The position numbers and the translations under genes are program-made. The notes under the pieces are model-generated. The model saw only the letters and a list, made by a program, of their open reading frames with translations. It ran no database searches and was not told the DNA's origin. This document shows, one piece after another, positions 48,811 through 58,568 of a DNA stretch of 64,000 nt (within the stretch, counting starts at the first letter, position 1; each line of letters opens with the position of its first letter). Origin of the DNA: an uncultured archaeon (GTDB lineage Archaea > Nanohalarchaeota > Nanosalinia > Nanosalinales > Nanosalinaceae); NCBI GenBank assembly GCA_964421955.1, contig CAYQYU010000002.1, positions 1 to 64,000 on the forward strand, in the 5' to 3' direction.

Positions 48811-49313
48811 TTACTGTATGTAGCCGATCTCTGTTCCGAATCCAGCCCTTTCAAATATTGTGGCAATATCTGATACGCGCTCTTCTGCATCTTCTTGTGT
48901 GTATGGCGGTAGCGTTTCAGCGGTTTCGAGTTTGAAATAATCGTCTGGTGCCAGGGTACATATCGGATGATTGTACCGTATGCCGGGAGTTCTTTACCAT
49001 GGTCTTCAACTATCGGCTCCACCAAGTCTATGTCTCCACGCACAGCCCGTTGAATAAATGGAGTGCCGTCCCTCTCCTCTCTAACCGTGTCAGCGAACTC
49101 CTCACCACTGAGATAGATACTGATTGAATCCTCCTCCACTACCTCATCCAACATAGCTTCGAAAGCATCCAGCGGATTGTCCGCAGTATTGACGTAATCA
49201 TAACCCTGGAGGAAAACCTGGTACTCCTGTATATCGTATCCGGACTCTTCCAGCGCCTGTCCTGCTGTGCTGAACGTATCGACAAAACGTGTTTTGAAAT
49301 CAGACCTCGACAA
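48811..49313 (-). pseudogene. acidic hypothetical protein with a probable frameshift near 48955
   Basis: Annotated tail turns basic after RYVP; the -1 frame gives acidic LAPDDYFKLETAETLPPYTQEDAEERVSDIATIFERAGFGTEIGYIQ*. Confidence 0.65.
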
Positions 49314-49426
49314 CTAGGACTAACTGATGACAACTCTTTTATCTTGGCTGTATCAACCAAGGGAAACATGGGGTCTCGAACTACAGAATTCGGTTTTGAT
49401 AGCTTGTTAAAAGTAAATATTGAAGT

Positions 49427-49618
49427 CTAACTGTCCCTTCGCCTCCGCCTTTCGGCGGTAACTAGCAGGAGTATTCCGATAAACATAATCGTCAGTCCTG
49501 GCGTTTCCAGCACAGCCATTTCTGGTTCAACCCTGCTGAGATAGTATAATACTACACCCGGTAGAAGAACTACAATACCAAAGATATCGATTTTGTTATA
49601 TTCCAGACCAAGATTCAA
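49427..49618 (-). CDS. small 2-TM membrane protein
   Basis: 63 aa, hydrophobic, AT-rich DNA. Confidence 0.7.
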   Translation of the reverse strand: MNLGLEYNKIDIFGIVVLLPGVVLYYLSRVEPEMAVLETPGLTIMFIGILLLVTAERRRRRDS

Positions 49619-49803
49619 CCAGAACCACCCCTGTCTCTAGAAGCTATCCATAAGAGAATTCCTGTCCAAGCCAAAATATTTCCAATAACAAAACCAAGAC
49701 CAGGAAGATTGAGGAACTGGAACAGAAAATAGATAGCTAAGCCTACAATTACAAAAATCCATCCTAGATCTCTCTTGTTTCCCAGAAGATCCCGTATATC
49801 CAT
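49615..49803 (-). CDS. small 2-TM membrane protein
   Basis: 62 aa, hydrophobic, overlaps next gene by 4 nt, TATA upstream. Confidence 0.72.
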   Translation of the reverse strand: MDIRDLLGNKRDLGWIFVIVGLAIYFLFQFLNLPGLGFVIGNILAWTGILLWIASRDRGGSG

Positions 49804-49959
49804 ACGAATAATGCTTGAACCTTAGTTTATAAGCTTAAATCAGATCTGTCGCCGGAAACACTATTTAAACCGTCTATGAACAAGATTTCCGATAGAATCG
49901 GAAGTATCATCGAAGACAGGTCTTCTCGGAATCCTCTCTATAAGAATCCCTGAAAGGAA

Positions 49960-50136
49960 TGGGGTCGGAGGGATTTGAACCCGCAACCTACCGCTAGCTC
50001 CTGCGCTAATTTTTAATCATCAGAGTCAGGTGACTCCTCATCCCTCCAAAGTTGGTTGCCCCGCAACCGTCACTTGCGTTTGCGTAGCGTAACACGCACT
50101 GGAGGCGGTCGCTCTGCCGAGTTGAGCTACGACCCC
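49960..50136 (-). tRNA. tRNA-Trp(CCA) with a 103-nt intron (49996-50098) at position 37/38
   Basis: Exon 1 GGGGTCGTAGCTCAACTCGGCAGAGCGACCGCCTCCAG; exon 2 AGCGGTAGGTTGCGGGTTCAAATCCCTCCGACCCCA; CTCC/GGAG bulge-helix-bulge core. Confidence 0.93.
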
Positions 50137-50189
50137 TTTGTCAGTGTAAAAAAACTCCTTGGTCAGCTTTAAATTACTTCCAACTCGGC

Positions 50190-50489
50190 TCAGGTGAACG
50201 AGAGCATCGCTGAGGTGTAGGCAGAGAACAGTACTACAAGCAGCAGCGAGGTCACCGCTATTAGGTCGAGGAACCTTTTCCAGTCGTCCTCCAGGCTCTC
50301 GGCCAGTGCCGCCGACACGAAAGTTATTGCCGACAGAACTGCGAGCCCGAAAAGTGTTCCCGAGACAGCTGATGATGTGGTGAAGGAAAGCCCGGCGAGA
50401 AATATAAGGCCGTAAAACAGGGGTTTCGAGACCTCTATCAGTCTCGAGTTATCAAGGCCGAATCCACCGGATTTATCGCTGGAAGCCAT
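50190..50489 (-). CDS. small membrane protein (3 TM)
   Basis: 99 aa, hydrophobic. Confidence 0.7.
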   Translation of the reverse strand: MASSDKSGGFGLDNSRLIEVSKPLFYGLIFLAGLSFTTSSAVSGTLFGLAVLSAITFVSAALAESLEDDWKRFLDLIAVTSLLLVVLFSAYTSAMLSFT

Positions 50490-50571
50490 ATCCTTTCACC
50501 CTTGATAATTTTTCCAGCTGGTATTTAAAACAGCCACCAGTATTTGAAACTCTTCGTGACTATACCAGTGT

Positions 50572-51531
50572 ATGATCCGGGAGAGGGACGGCATCCACAT
50601 CGACGCGGGAGAGAAAATAGTTGCGGACAGCAGAAGCTCCACGGGCGACATAAACCTGGTCAGCCACGCCCACTTCGACCATATCCACCAGGGTGATGCC
50701 ACTGTACTCTGCTCGGAACTGACCGCGTCACTTACGTCGGCGAGAACGGGAAACGATGTCGACTACATCGACAGCCACGACAACATAGAACTTCTTCCAT
50801 CAGGACACATACTGGGCTCAAGGGCAGCCCTGATAGAAGGGGATGAAACCGTGCTCTACACGGGCGATGTATCTACCCGCGACAGATTATACATGGACGG
50901 CTTCAAACCCGTCAACGCGGACATTCTGGTCGTCGAATCGACCTACGGGATTCCTGCTTACGAGTTTCCGACACAGGAGAAGATCAAGAAAGACATCAAG
51001 AGCTGGATTGAAACCAGGGATCAACCGATACTTGCTTTCGGCTACTCGCTTGGAAGAGCACAAAAACTCCAGCATCTGCTCCAGGAGATAACTTGCCGGC
51101 CAATACTTGTCCACCAGAAGATTGAGGAGATGAACAACGCGGTCGAAGAAGCCACTGATCTTGAATTCCGCGCAAAAGCTTTCACTGAGAACAGTGAGGA
51201 ACTTGAGAACGGCATTCTGGTCGCGCCCTCCAGTCTCTCAAGGAGCGACTGGGCTGACAGAATTGTGAAGGAGCATGATGCGGTAAAAGCTGGTTTCTCG
51301 GGCTGGGCTGTAAAAGACTCTTTCAGGTACCGGGGAGACTATGACAGGACATTCCCGATGTCAGATCACTGCGGCTTTGAAGAGCTCGTGTCACTGGTCA
51401 GGGAGGTTGACCCGGAAAAAGTGTATACGCACCACGGATTTGACGAAGCCTTCGCATCTTACCTGAAGAAAGAAGAAGGCTACAACGCCCGCGCCTTGAA
51501 GAACAACCAGTCGTCGCTGACCGAGTTCTAG
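50572..51531 (+). CDS. MBL-fold beta-CASP exonuclease (ligase-associated/mRNA-processing type)
   Basis: SHAHFDH, SGHILGS, YTGD, ESTYG, YSLGRAQ, SDHC, HHG. Confidence 0.9.
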   Translation: MIRERDGIHIDAGEKIVADSRSSTGDINLVSHAHFDHIHQGDATVLCSELTASLTSARTGNDVDYIDSHDNIELLPSGHILGSRAALIEGDETVLYTGDVSTRDRLYMDGFKPVNADILVVESTYGIPAYEFPTQEKIKKDIKSWIETRDQPILAFGYSLGRAQKLQHLLQEITCRPILVHQKIEEMNNAVEEATDLEFRAKAFTENSEELENGILVAPSSLSRSDWADRIVKEHDAVKAGFSGWAVKDSFRYRGDYDRTFPMSDHCGFEELVSLVREVDPEKVYTHHGFDEAFASYLKKEEGYNARALKNNQSSLTEF

Positions 51532-51954
51532 CTACCGGAAGAACAGCCTGTCGAGCGCAGCATCCACGAACTTCTGCTGCTTTGAACGGAAAAGTGGCTG
51601 GATGTCCTCTATGCAGCGCCTTCCCGTCGAGGTCAGCTGGGCGCCAAAGTCTTTCCTCGACGTTCTTATCACGTCCACCTTCTTCTCGAGTTCGGCCGAG
51701 ATATGCCTATTTTGTTCCTTGCCGTGGCTGTCAAAGTCAGTGAGCACCGCCACCTTTTCCGCGCCACGGGAAACGTCCTCTACCAGGTCTTCCACGGTTC
51801 TCTCCGCGGACAGGAATATTTTACCCGAGAAGCCGAGCTTCTGCATGACTGTCTTGTCGCTGAAGCCTTCAACCACAACAGAGTCGACGTCCCGGTCGAG
51901 CTTTTCCACCTCTTTCTCGAGTTTCTTTTTCTCCTCGAACCTGGTCCGGTCCAT
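51532..51954 (-). CDS. small Toprim-domain protein
   Basis: VVEGFSD, LTDFDSHG. Confidence 0.87.
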   Translation of the reverse strand: MDRTRFEEKKKLEKEVEKLDRDVDSVVVEGFSDKTVMQKLGFSGKIFLSAERTVEDLVEDVSRGAEKVAVLTDFDSHGKEQNRHISAELEKKVDVIRTSRKDFGAQLTSTGRRCIEDIQPLFRSKQQKFVDAALDRLFFR

Positions 51955-51988
51955 AAGTTGGATAACTCTTGAAAACTTAAATTATTCC

Positions 51989-52588
51989 ATGAAATCAAAC
52001 GACCAGCTGGTCGACAGCCTGAAGCATCAGGGCCACATAGAGGCAGAAAGGGTTGAAAAAGCGTTCAGGAATGTCGACAGGAAAGACTTTGTTCCCGAGG
52101 GGAAAAAGAGGTACGCATACAGCGATCAGCCGCTTCCAATAGGTCATGATGTGACAATATCTGCGCCACACATGGTTGCGATCAATACCGGGCTACTCGA
52201 CATCCAGCCTGGAGATTCTGTGCTTGAAATCGGCTCAGGCTCCGGTTACCAGCTCGCGATACTCGCGGAGCTGACCCGCGAAGAAGTGACCGGTGTCGAG
52301 CGCATCAGGGATCTCGTTGAAAAGTCGAGAGAGGTGCTCAAAGAATGGGACAATGTGGAGGTCATCCACGGAAACGGCCTTGAAGCAATTGACGGGAAAT
52401 TTGACCGCATCCTGTTCTCGTGCGGTGTGAAGTCACTCGAGCCCGCGAAGGAATTTCTTGCAGAGGACGGTGTTCTCGTGGCGCCGGTGGAGGACAATCT
52501 CGGCCAGGTATTGACCCGGTACAGGAATGGAAAAGAGGAGAGGCATTCACGGGTAAGATTTGTTGATTACCAGGACGAGCCGATCTAG
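51989..52588 (+). CDS. pcm: protein-L-isoaspartate O-methyltransferase
   Basis: AYSDQPLPIG..TISAPHM, LEIGSGSGY; start at ATG 51989. Confidence 0.93.
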   Translation: MKSNDQLVDSLKHQGHIEAERVEKAFRNVDRKDFVPEGKKRYAYSDQPLPIGHDVTISAPHMVAINTGLLDIQPGDSVLEIGSGSGYQLAILAELTREEVTGVERIRDLVEKSREVLKEWDNVEVIHGNGLEAIDGKFDRILFSCGVKSLEPAKEFLAEDGVLVAPVEDNLGQVLTRYRNGKEERHSRVRFVDYQDEPI

Positions 52589-53817
52589 ACAGTCTTGCTC
52601 ACTTTCTTGCCGAGGACAGGATTCACCGCGGACTGGTATAGACTTCTTACAGACTCCTGGAAAGCACCAAGCGACTCCTTCCTGTCACCGTAATCAACCT
52701 CGAGTTCAGGGGTAACCTCTATCTCCATCCTCAGCCTGTTTGAATGCATCTCCCCTAGTTCGCGGGAGTTCAGGAACCTGTCTCTCAGGCGGGAGGCCGC
52801 CTTCTCTGGAAGAATCACCTCGACCCTGTGTTGAACATCGTTCTTCGATTCGACCCGGGCCCGGAAACCTATGTCGCTTTCAGCAACCACTTCCGTGTAG
52901 CTGTCGCCGAACTGTCGAGCGGTCTTTATCTTGGGTGTGAACAGCGAGAGTATGTGATCCGGCGAGACTATTCCCGCGGTCTCCATCACCTCTCTTTCAA
53001 CTTCCTCCGGCTGGAGAAGGTAGGATGATTCCCTTGACCCAAAGGTATTTATCGCGGAATAGTAGACAGTCTTCTCCTGGTTACCCAGTCTCTCCTTGAC
53101 CTCGTCAACCTTTTCCCCGACCTCGTCCACAGCATCGATTGAGTACGGAATATCAAACAGGAAGACCTGGTCCCGCTCACGGTGACGCAGGACAGCATCC
53201 ACCGGGATTCTGTAATCGTACGAGCTTAACGGTGGCTTCTCAAGCTCCAGACCCACAAACTCTGTTTCGAGCTTCTCAAGCACCTCCAGCCCCTCATCAA
53301 GCCGGTTCTCGAACGGCTTCAGGCTCCTGAAGAGCAGCCGGGCCTGGCTCTGCGATAACTGGCGGCGCTCCATCATCTTGGAAACGTCCCGGACCAACTT
53401 GTCCTGGTCGGTGTATATCAATTCTTTCTGCAGGAACTGGTGGAAAGCCGAGAACCTCACCTGCTCAAAGCCTTCCGGGGAGATGTCACCTGACTCAGTG
53501 ACAAAAATTCCCCGGGTAGTGTGCTCCGCGAGCTCGGAAAGCTCAAGGCCGACATCAATCGGGTTGGTCTCGATCATATCGAGGTACTTCCTCATTCTCT
53601 TCCTGTCGTCTTCACCAACTTCTGGCTTCTTCTTCGCATCGACAATCCAGATCTCCTTCTTGTCCTCGCGAGTAACTCGCGCAAAACAGTCTGGCCTGGA
53701 ATCGCTGAGGCTCCCTATGCGTTCAAAGAAATCGAAGTAGCCCTCGTACTGTCTCATTACATCAAGCACGTCACGCTGGAACACTTCCCAGCCTCCATCT
53801 TCTGTGTCGGAGCTCAT
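52585..53817 (-). CDS. protein with an N-terminal PD-(D/E)xK nuclease-like domain
   Basis: WEVFQRDV...RPDCF...WIVDAKK. Confidence 0.6.
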   Translation of the reverse strand: MSSDTEDGGWEVFQRDVLDVMRQYEGYFDFFERIGSLSDSRPDCFARVTREDKKEIWIVDAKKKPEVGEDDRKRMRKYLDMIETNPIDVGLELSELAEHTTRGIFVTESGDISPEGFEQVRFSAFHQFLQKELIYTDQDKLVRDVSKMMERRQLSQSQARLLFRSLKPFENRLDEGLEVLEKLETEFVGLELEKPPLSSYDYRIPVDAVLRHRERDQVFLFDIPYSIDAVDEVGEKVDEVKERLGNQEKTVYYSAINTFGSRESSYLLQPEEVEREVMETAGIVSPDHILSLFTPKIKTARQFGDSYTEVVAESDIGFRARVESKNDVQHRVEVILPEKAASRLRDRFLNSRELGEMHSNRLRMEIEVTPELEVDYGDRKESLGAFQESVRSLYQSAVNPVLGKKVSKTV

Positions 53818-54723
53818 TTACTCAATTACCTCGTAGTCGTCTATTTCTCCGTCCCCGTCTATGTCAAGTCCCCTTACAATCCTGTAAAAATTCCCTGACC
53901 GGTAGTCTTCAACTATGTCCTCCAGGTTTTTGAATGCTCTCACTGCTGCCTCAGTCCCCCTGTTTCTTACGCCCGCGACAAGGTAGATCGCGCTACCAGT
54001 GTCCTCGGGATTCTGAACCTTTGCGACCACACCTATAGAATCCTCGCTGTAGTTTTCGTCCGCGGACTGCAACTCGTGGTAAGGGAATGAGTCGAGCGAG
54101 AAGCTCACGGGAAAAGCATCGTTGAACTTCTTCGCGATAGTGTTTGTGAGGACGCCGCCCAGGATCACAAGGTTGTCGTCGAACGCCCCCTCCCTCACAA
54201 CTTCCGTGTCGAGCCAGACCTCTATTTCCCCCGGATCTCCGTAGCCACCGAGCCTCAGCCCGATCTCTCCCGCGAGATGGCCGTCCCGGGCACGTACCTG
54301 GTCCTCACCATGCTGTTCCGGTGAACCGACAACTATCTTTCCATCTATTTCTCCTGAAATCACGAGCGGGTCAAGAAACTTTTCTACCTCTGCATTCATC
54401 TCTGGCATGAAGAACTCTTCTCCACCCGTCCCGAGGTCGAGAACGTATGCATCTGCTGACGGTCGGTAATAGGTCGCGGTGCCGCCGGACTTCTTCTCTT
54501 CACGATCCTTCTCAATCAGTCCCGCATCCTTCAGCTTCTTGAAGTGGTAGTGTGCCTGCTGTTTCCCGATACCGAGTTCTGAGGCGACCCTGGAAGAGTA
54601 TGAAGGTTCCCTGGCAAGCAGTTCCAGTATCTCCCTCCGGTTCTCGTCCGCGATAGCATCGATCTTTTCCGGGTCAAGATCTTCGGAGTCCACTATGCTG
54701 TCTTTCCTGATAATCCTGGCCAT
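53818..54723 (-). CDS. ArsR-like HTH regulator with a C-terminal ligand/S-layer-like domain
   Basis: QQAHYHFKKLKDAGLI; IVVGSP..HG, NLVILGG..N, LVAGVRNRGT, GLDIDGDGEIDD. Confidence 0.85.
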   Translation of the reverse strand: MARIIRKDSIVDSEDLDPEKIDAIADENRREILELLAREPSYSSRVASELGIGKQQAHYHFKKLKDAGLIEKDREEKKSGGTATYYRPSADAYVLDLGTGGEEFFMPEMNAEVEKFLDPLVISGEIDGKIVVGSPEQHGEDQVRARDGHLAGEIGLRLGGYGDPGEIEVWLDTEVVREGAFDDNLVILGGVLTNTIAKKFNDAFPVSFSLDSFPYHELQSADENYSEDSIGVVAKVQNPEDTGSAIYLVAGVRNRGTEAAVRAFKNLEDIVEDYRSGNFYRIVRGLDIDGDGEIDDYEVIE

Positions 54724-54877
54724 TACACAAATGTTTTAGCCGGTAATATATATTTTTTACCACTCCAAGTCCTCTTTAAATAGTCTGGCCCGTTAGCTTA
54801 AAGAGCCCCCTTATACCGGTTAAAGAGGCCTGATACCGGCCTTTTTATAATATACAGTGGTTATTAATCCTGTAGCT

Positions 54878-56605
54878 ATGTGTGGTATAGTCGGCTGTCG
54901 CGGGGACATGGATGTATTCGAGGAGATATTTGAGGGTCTGAAGAAGCTTGAATACCGGGGCTACGACTCCGCAGGCATCGCGACCGTTGGAAATCCATCT
55001 ATAAAGGTCGCGAAAGGGGTCGGCACAATAGCAGAGATCCTTGAAGACGAGCTCGACGGCAAAGTGGGCATAGGCCACACCAGGTGGGCGACACACGGAT
55101 CGGTAAATACCGAGAACGCCCATCCACACCTTGACTGTGAGGAGGAAGTGGCAGTGGTTCACAACGGCATAATAGACAACCACAAGCAGCTCAAGCAGGA
55201 GCTTGAAGACCACAATTTTGAGTCAGATACTGACACCGAGGTAATACCGCACCTTTTCGAGGAGGAGCTTGAATCAGGAAGCTCGATGCGGGAGGCCGCG
55301 GAAAATGTAATGGAGAAGCTAGAAGGCTCATTTGCGATACTTGCAACCTCAAAGGACGGCGAGATGGTCGCGATGAAGCAGAGCTCGCCGCTGGTGCTCG
55401 GACTCGCCGACGACGGAATATTTGTCGCGTCGGACGTGACACCTTTCCTGGAGCACACTGACCGTGCCGTGTTCCTCGAAGACCGGGATATCGCGGTTCT
55501 TGACGGGGACTACACGATCTACAATTCTGGAGAGGAGGTTGAAAGAGACGTGAAGGAGATCGACTGGGACGCCCAGGAAGCATCAAAGTCGGGATACGAT
55601 CACTTCATGCAGAAGGAGATCTATGAGCAGTCCACGACCGTGAAGAGAGCGGCCTTCCAGGACCGGTCAGATCTTGAAAAGGCCGCGAAAATGATTGAAG
55701 ACGCGGAAAACGTATACTTTACCGCCTGTGGGACTGCGGGAATTGCAGCCTCTCTCGGCGCAAAGTATCTGAGAGAAGCGGGCATAAAACCCGAGATGGA
55801 GCTCTCCCACGAGCTCGAGTACAGGACCGATGAAATAGGGGAGAACGATCTCGTGATAGCGGTGAGCCAGAGTGGCGAGACCGCGGATCTTCTCTCGGTA
55901 CTGAACCAGGTCGAGGCGGATGTGCTTGCGGTCGTCAACGTTGTTGGCTCCACGCTTGCTAGAAAGGCTGAACACAGGATATATGTTAACGCTGGCCCGG
56001 AGATCGGTGTCGCGTCTACAAAGGCCTTCACCGGCCAGATCGCGGTGCTGAAACTCCTGAAGTACGCAATAGAGGGAGAAATAGAGGAAGGCAGGAACTC
56101 CCTCCTCGGGACTGCGGGCAAAATTGAGGATGTAATCCAGGACAATGAGGAGACTATCGAGGAGCTCAGCGACTATCTCTCGGAGAAGGAGAACGCCTAC
56201 TTCATCGGTAGAAACCGTGGCCATGAAATGGCGCAGGAGGCCGCGCTAAAACTGAAGGAACTCTCCTACATACATGCGGAGGCCTTCAGGGGAGGCGAGT
56301 TCAAGCACGGGACTCTTGCACTCGTGGAAGAGGAAACTCCTGTTATCAGCTTCCTGAAGGAAGAAGGCTACGAGGACATCCTGTCGAACACAGCAGAGGC
56401 GAAAGGCAGGGGTGCGGACATAATAGCCGTGGGAAATGAACTGCCAGAGAGCGGCTTCGAGTTCGACATCGAGATTCCGGAGGATGACAACCCCGAGATC
56501 CTGGAGATCATTCCTTTCCAGATGCTGGCTTACAGGACCGCGATAAAGCGGGGCAACAACCCTGACCGACCGAGAAATCTTGCGAAAAGTATAACGGTAA
56601 AGTAA
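54878..56605 (+). CDS. glmS: glutamine--fructose-6-phosphate transaminase
   Basis: MCGIVG, EYRGYDSAG, GHTRWATHG, SQSGETAD, PRNLAKSITV. Confidence 0.97.
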   Translation: MCGIVGCRGDMDVFEEIFEGLKKLEYRGYDSAGIATVGNPSIKVAKGVGTIAEILEDELDGKVGIGHTRWATHGSVNTENAHPHLDCEEEVAVVHNGIIDNHKQLKQELEDHNFESDTDTEVIPHLFEEELESGSSMREAAENVMEKLEGSFAILATSKDGEMVAMKQSSPLVLGLADDGIFVASDVTPFLEHTDRAVFLEDRDIAVLDGDYTIYNSGEEVERDVKEIDWDAQEASKSGYDHFMQKEIYEQSTTVKRAAFQDRSDLEKAAKMIEDAENVYFTACGTAGIAASLGAKYLREAGIKPEMELSHELEYRTDEIGENDLVIAVSQSGETADLLSVLNQVEADVLAVVNVVGSTLARKAEHRIYVNAGPEIGVASTKAFTGQIAVLKLLKYAIEGEIEEGRNSLLGTAGKIEDVIQDNEETIEELSDYLSEKENAYFIGRNRGHEMAQEAALKLKELSYIHAEAFRGGEFKHGTLALVEEETPVISFLKEEGYEDILSNTAEAKGRGADIIAVGNELPESGFEFDIEIPEDDNPEILEIIPFQMLAYRTAIKRGNNPDRPRNLAKSITVK

Positions 56606-56660
56606 AATTTCAAGCGAAGACCGTAACTGTTCTTAAGCTTCGTCCCCAATCCCGATATTT

Positions 56661-57101
56661 ATGGAAAGGCTTTCAATTCTGCTGGCATCGTTGCTTCTTC
56701 TGGTGTCGGCAGCCTCCGCGACGAGCATCATTCCTCCAGATGAGCTAGTGAACCTGACTGAGGACAACACCGACAAACTGAAGAGTTCTTACAACGAGAA
56801 CATGGACCAGATACCAGGAATCGCAAAGAAGCTCATAGGCGACCAGAGAATAAACCTTTACCTTGAGAACCAGAGCCTCCGGGCTGAAATGGATCAGGCA
56901 AGGATAGAGACGCTAGAGAAGGATAAATGGGAGGAGCCTTCACTGGAGATATGGATGGACACGAAAGACGCAACAGAGATACTTGAATCTGAAGAACCGG
57001 GCAAAGAGCTGCAACAGAAGCTGAAAAGCGATGACATTCGGTACCAGGAACACGGGATTGTCAACCGGCTGAAATTTGCCGTGATCGGACTGTTTATCTA
57101 G
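56661..57101 (+). CDS. secreted hypothetical protein
   Basis: Signal peptide, 146 aa. Confidence 0.7.
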   Translation: MERLSILLASLLLLVSAASATSIIPPDELVNLTEDNTDKLKSSYNENMDQIPGIAKKLIGDQRINLYLENQSLRAEMDQARIETLEKDKWEEPSLEIWMDTKDATEILESEEPGKELQQKLKSDDIRYQEHGIVNRLKFAVIGLFI

Positions 57102-57790
57102 TCCAGGACCACTGGCTCCGAGCCGGTTTTCTCCCGGACATCTCTCTCGAACTTTTCAGTATCCGCAGTAGTTTCATCGATGAAGCCATAGTGTATCGGC
57201 ACCGCTTTCTCCGGCTGAATCTTTTTGATAGCTTCTATTGCCTCCTCCTGGTCCATTGTGTAGTGACCTCCTACCGGGAGGAATGCGACATCAATATTCT
57301 CTCCGGAAAGTGCTTCCATCTCGTCTATAGGATCGGTGTCCGAGGCATGGTAAAACTTGAGACCATCCATCTTGAAAATGACGCCGACGCAGAATCCCTC
57401 GGGATGGAAGGGTTCTCCGGGGAAGCGGAACTTGTCAACGTTATAAGCGGGCACTCCCCGAATCCTCATCCCGTGCGCCTTGACCGATCTACCTGGCTCG
57501 ATAACTTTATACTCGATATCTTCCGGGACATCGTCCTCCGACTCTTCCGTGCAGACTAGTACAGTATCACGTTTTTTCAGGGCCTGGATCGCCTTGACGT
57601 CAAAGTGGTCGAAGTGGTCGTGGGTCGATACTATGACATCCGCGTCCTCCATCTCCCGCAGTTCTTCATCACTTACAGGTTCGCTCCACGGGTCAACGTA
57701 CAGAACGAATCCATCGGAGTCACGGAGTTTTATCGACGCGTGTTCGAGCCAGTCAACTTCAACGGTATCAAAAATGGTTGATCCTCTCAT
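57098..57790 (-). CDS. MBL-fold metallohydrolase (UPF0173-like)
   Basis: YVDPW, THDHFDH, ASDT, LPVGGHYTM, PIHY. Confidence 0.9.
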   Translation of the reverse strand: MRGSTIFDTVEVDWLEHASIKLRDSDGFVLYVDPWSEPVSDEELREMEDADVIVSTHDHFDHFDVKAIQALKKRDTVLVCTEESEDDVPEDIEYKVIEPGRSVKAHGMRIRGVPAYNVDKFRFPGEPFHPEGFCVGVIFKMDGLKFYHASDTDPIDEMEALSGENIDVAFLPVGGHYTMDQEEAIEAIKKIQPEKAVPIHYGFIDETTADTEKFERDVREKTGSEPVVLD

Positions 57791-57830
57791 AGATAGAACA
57801 CCTGAGACCCAATTGACTCTCAAGGGATAT

Positions 57831-58472
57831 TTAGCTTTCGGACTCCAGTATCTCACATCTTATGCTCCTGTCCTCGAGCTCGGCCTTCAGGGACTGGGGG
57901 TTCACACCTTCAAAAAAGGGCGGACCATAGTGGTACGGAACAACAACTTCCGGCCTGATCCTGACCGACATCTTTACCGCCTCTTTGAAGTCCATGGTGA
58001 AGACGCCATCAACAGGCAGGAAAGCGACATCGACACGGTTCTCGAGGTCGTCGACCTCTTCGATCAACCCGGTGTCTCCAGCAATATAGAAGGCATTACC
58101 GTCCATAACTATCCGGTAGCCTAGGCCCTCGCCTTTGTCGTGGCTGTCGTTGTACATAGGAACTGCCTCGATTTCAACGCCGTAGATGTCAACAACCTCT
58201 CCTTCCTCAATATACTCGACATCCATACAGGGAAGCTCCAGTCCATTCATCGACTCCGGTACGACAAGACAGGTCCTGTCCTCGCACACCTTTTCAAGCA
58301 TCTCCGGATCGAAATGGCCCTCATCCCGGTGCGTCACAAGCACGATGTCAGCCTCGAACTCCGGCGATACCTCGGAGTACGGGTCCGCGGCCACAGTAAA
58401 ACCGTTGTCCACGAACCGGACCGATGAATGACCGTCCCAGTTTATCTCGATGCCGTTGTGGTCCATCTCCAT
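57831..58472 (-). CDS. MBL-fold metallohydrolase paralog with a degenerate metal motif
   Basis: THRDEGH in place of HxHxDH; AGDT, LPVDGVFTM, PYHY. Confidence 0.85.
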   Translation of the reverse strand: MEMDHNGIEINWDGHSSVRFVDNGFTVAADPYSEVSPEFEADIVLVTHRDEGHFDPEMLEKVCEDRTCLVVPESMNGLELPCMDVEYIEEGEVVDIYGVEIEAVPMYNDSHDKGEGLGYRIVMDGNAFYIAGDTGLIEEVDDLENRVDVAFLPVDGVFTMDFKEAVKMSVRIRPEVVVPYHYGPPFFEGVNPQSLKAELEDRSIRCEILESES

Positions 58473-58568
58473 CTAAAAACGGGTTAACAGAAATTTTAAA
58501 CAGTTCCCTTGCAAAGCGATTGTAATTAAAAAGTATTTCCAATCATACCCTTTTTAGGTATTCTTGAT

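Noticed and set aside
54724-54877. glmS ribozyme
   Set aside because: The TATA box sits about 30 bp from the ATG, leaving no room, and no ribozyme core was seen.
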